This document shows, one piece after another, positions 62,001 to 64,000 of a stretch of DNA of 64,000 nucleotides. This DNA comes from Antedon mediterranea (lineage: Eukaryota; Animalia; Echinodermata). The notes beneath the pieces were generated by a model. It saw only the letters and a list, made by a program, of their open reading frames with translations, was not told the DNA's origin and searched no databases. Location of the stretch: positions 26,136,912-26,200,911 of the forward strand of contig NC_092675.1 of assembly GCF_964355755.1 (NCBI RefSeq). The letters are read 5' to 3'. A program made the position numbers and the translations under genes. The stretch's first letter is position 1. Every line of letters starts with the position of its first letter.

Positions 62001-64000
62001 TTTTTTTTAATACACGAAGAAGCTGTAAGCCTGAATACTTATTTATTGTTTTTTTTAATTTAAGTATATTGTTATCAAATGGTATTTAAAATACAACAAA
62101 AACGCTAATTTTCAGGATCTTATTAGATTGTTTTAGATTAGAACAAACGAAAACTTTTACTCTATCACTTTGTTTTTGGTTTTGTAGAATGCAATTTCAA
62201 TAGACATGGTTGGAATTGTGAAAATCGCTGTACCTCACAAAACAATAAATATGCATGTAGATACTATCAGTTCTGCTTACCTGATCCATATGGATGCAGC
62301 TGTGTTACCGGTTACAAAGGATTGAAATGCAATACAGGTAAGACAATTGCCTTTATAAAATAATGTAAACAAAACACAAATCCATTTTTGTTATAGGCCT
62401 AGTTGCGATTTAAAAAAATAATATTGCCTATATCAATGTTATACTTCGTGCCGTTTTCAGTATACTGCAATTTAACATTCAACATGTTTTCATTTTTATA
62501 GTTTTAAAAGTATTTATAAAGTTGTTTTTTAAAATCGATTCATTGATGATTTTACATTATTTTACAGGATGTTCATCGGATACATTTGGTGCAGACTGTG
62601 CTCAAACTTGTCATTGTAAACAAGGTGACTGTGATCGATATACAGGAATATGCACTAACTCATCTTGTGCATTTCCATGGACGGGATCTAACTGTCAAAG
62701 TAAGATTATGACAAATGTACTAACATATCCTAATTTAGACGGTAAAAGAATACTATTTTAATTTGAAAAAAACATTGAGATGTGTTAAATAAATTTGAAA
62801 TCTTGACCCATATTTAATATATGTTTTTTCTCGGAGCATAACGCTGATGCATATAGGGATATTTGGTAATACAGCATCGGCTGACATGAAACGAAATTTG
62901 TTACATTTGTATTTTGTAGAATGTCAATCTGGATTTTACGGAGAAAACTGTGATATTGAATGTCCATGTGAATGTTACAGATTGACTGGTAAATGTATAG
63001 AAGGCACGTGTGATTCTAATTGGCTTGAACCTGATTGTGAAGTTGGTAAGTCAAGTATTAAATGATTTCTTTGGTTAAATTAACCAAATAAAGTAATTTG
63101 TATTCAACCTTGTATTAGTTAGAATGATATATAAATTCAAATGAAGAAATATTGAGTTATATAAAGTTTATTCAGATGATGTGGTGACATGTTGTTGCGT
63201 ATTTGGTTACAATCTTTTTATTCCCTTATCTATTGGTCAAATGTAACTGTTTTGTATTTGTTAAGTGAGTAATAAAGAAAAAACCAAGTAGTGAGCTAAG
63301 AATAATAACATGTTGAATAAAGCATAAAAGTTTCATTTGTGTATGTATATAATAATAAAACTGATGTTCTCCGGAGGATTGTTGAAGTGTATCAACCGAA
63401 AATACTAGGTATAAGAACAGCAATTCTAAAATCTAGTATATTAATTTGAATAATAATTGCATGTTTATTCCACAGGAATCCTTAATACCACATTTACATC
63501 TGTAAATAATGGGCAACGGACAACTACATCCTGTTCGGTTTATCAGAATGATGCATACGATGTTCAAGCAATGATTATAGTGACAAATAATGACGTAACT
63601 GAGAACATTACAACAGTGATAGATACAAATAGAGATGGTCAGAATATAACACGTGCATTTTCTGTGATAGCTGATGCTGATTCGACATATACATGTGTAA
63701 TTTCACGAAAGGGTTACTCTGTTGAAAGTGACATCACAACAGAAATATTTCGTAAGTATATACATTATATAATATTCTTTATTATGTATAATTGAAATTG
63801 CTTGTATTTTGGTAATATATGATTATTTTTATATTAAGGATTACCTTTATATAATGGAAGTTTGACCATACTAAGCATTACAAGCTCCTCTATCACTATT
63901 GAATGGACAGCATGGAATAACAATACTGATGATGGAGATGGTCCAGTTGTTGGATACTTTTTATACCACACACAGATAAATATGACTAATTGGAAGAAGA
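59042..64000 (+). CDS. Gene C (3'-partial): Tie-like receptor SP-Ig-Ig-EGF4-Ig-FN3...
   Basis: Exons 59042-59093, 59853-60131, 61184-61435, 61833-61967, 62188-62337, 62568-62699, 62920-63045, 63476-63751 and 63839->64000 join in frame. Confidence 0.85.
59380..59552. mobile_element. MITE of about 170 bp
   Basis: TIR of about 28 bp, GTGGCCGTRTTCACCAWTCACACTTA. Confidence 0.6.
59853..60131 (+). CDS. Gene C exon: Ig1-like
   Basis: 279 bp; YQCY...GMGVYYC. Confidence 0.8.
60478..60830 (-). mobile_element. 3' fragment of a Rex1/Babar-like LINE
   Basis: HPASSMFQLTPSGRRFRSIKANKTRFTNSFYPGA C-terminal motif; AATAAA and (CTTGA)n tail on the minus strand. Confidence 0.7.
60982..61100 (+). pseudogene. 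Degenerate duplicate of the gene C Ig2 exon
   Basis: AAACAG acceptor, then LNPVNSKNIATVNIGDDVTIRF*, followed by deletions. Confidence 0.7.
61184..61435 (+). CDS. Gene C exon: Ig2-like
   Basis: 252 bp; LSWRKDG...DAGVYE...FIKLIVR. Confidence 0.85.
61833..61967 (+). CDS. Gene C exon: EGF1
   Basis: CPRHKWGPPDCTGDCEYCYNGGVC...CTCAPGFKGPTCE. Confidence 0.9.
62188..62337 (+). CDS. Gene C exon: EGF2
   Basis: CNFNRHGWNCENRC...FCLPDPYGCSCVTGYKGLKC. Confidence 0.9.
62568..62699 (+). CDS. Gene C exon: EGF3
   Basis: CSSDTFGADCAQTCHCKQGDCDRYTGIC. Confidence 0.9.
62920..63045 (+). CDS. Gene C exon: EGF4
   Basis: CQSGFYGENCDIECPCECYRLTGKCIEGTCDSNWLEPDCEV. Confidence 0.85.
63476..63751 (+). CDS. Gene C exon: Ig3-like
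   Basis: 276 bp; divergent homolog of the gene A/B Ig repeats. Confidence 0.85.
63839..64000 (+). CDS. Gene C exon: FN3 (partial)
   Basis: LPLYNGSLT...ITIEWTAWNNNTDDGDGPVVGYFLYH. Confidence 0.85.

Overview
This is AT-rich eukaryotic DNA from an invertebrate animal; the many AGGCCTA motifs and the Tie-like gene expansion suggest an echinoderm, which is a guess. It is not prokaryotic, and most short ORFs in the track are exons or noise. The window holds three tandem + strand genes for Tie/angiopoietin-receptor-like surface proteins: the 3' part of gene A (1-20052), gene B (23885-38336) and the 5' part of gene C (59042-end). Their ectodomains follow the Tie layout (Ig-Ig-EGF3-Ig-FN3), but the Ig3+FN3-1 exon pair is amplified into arrays of near-identical phase-1/phase-1 exons. 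No kinase exon is visible. Gene A ends in a short Tyr-motif tail and has a TGA just before its TM exon, and gene B has a TM exon with no recognisable tail exons. Introns and intergenic DNA are full of nested transposons: a Gmr1-type (INT-before-RT) Gypsy element split by a Helitron, a folded-back Academ remnant, LINE and Penelope fragments, a Helentron-type element carrying a solo LTR, two Kolobok-like copies, a MULE-like element, a 17-kb CMC/EnSpm-like element with satellite arms, and several 17-55 bp P-type micro-elements. Exon boundaries were read by eye from GT/AG sites and reading frame.
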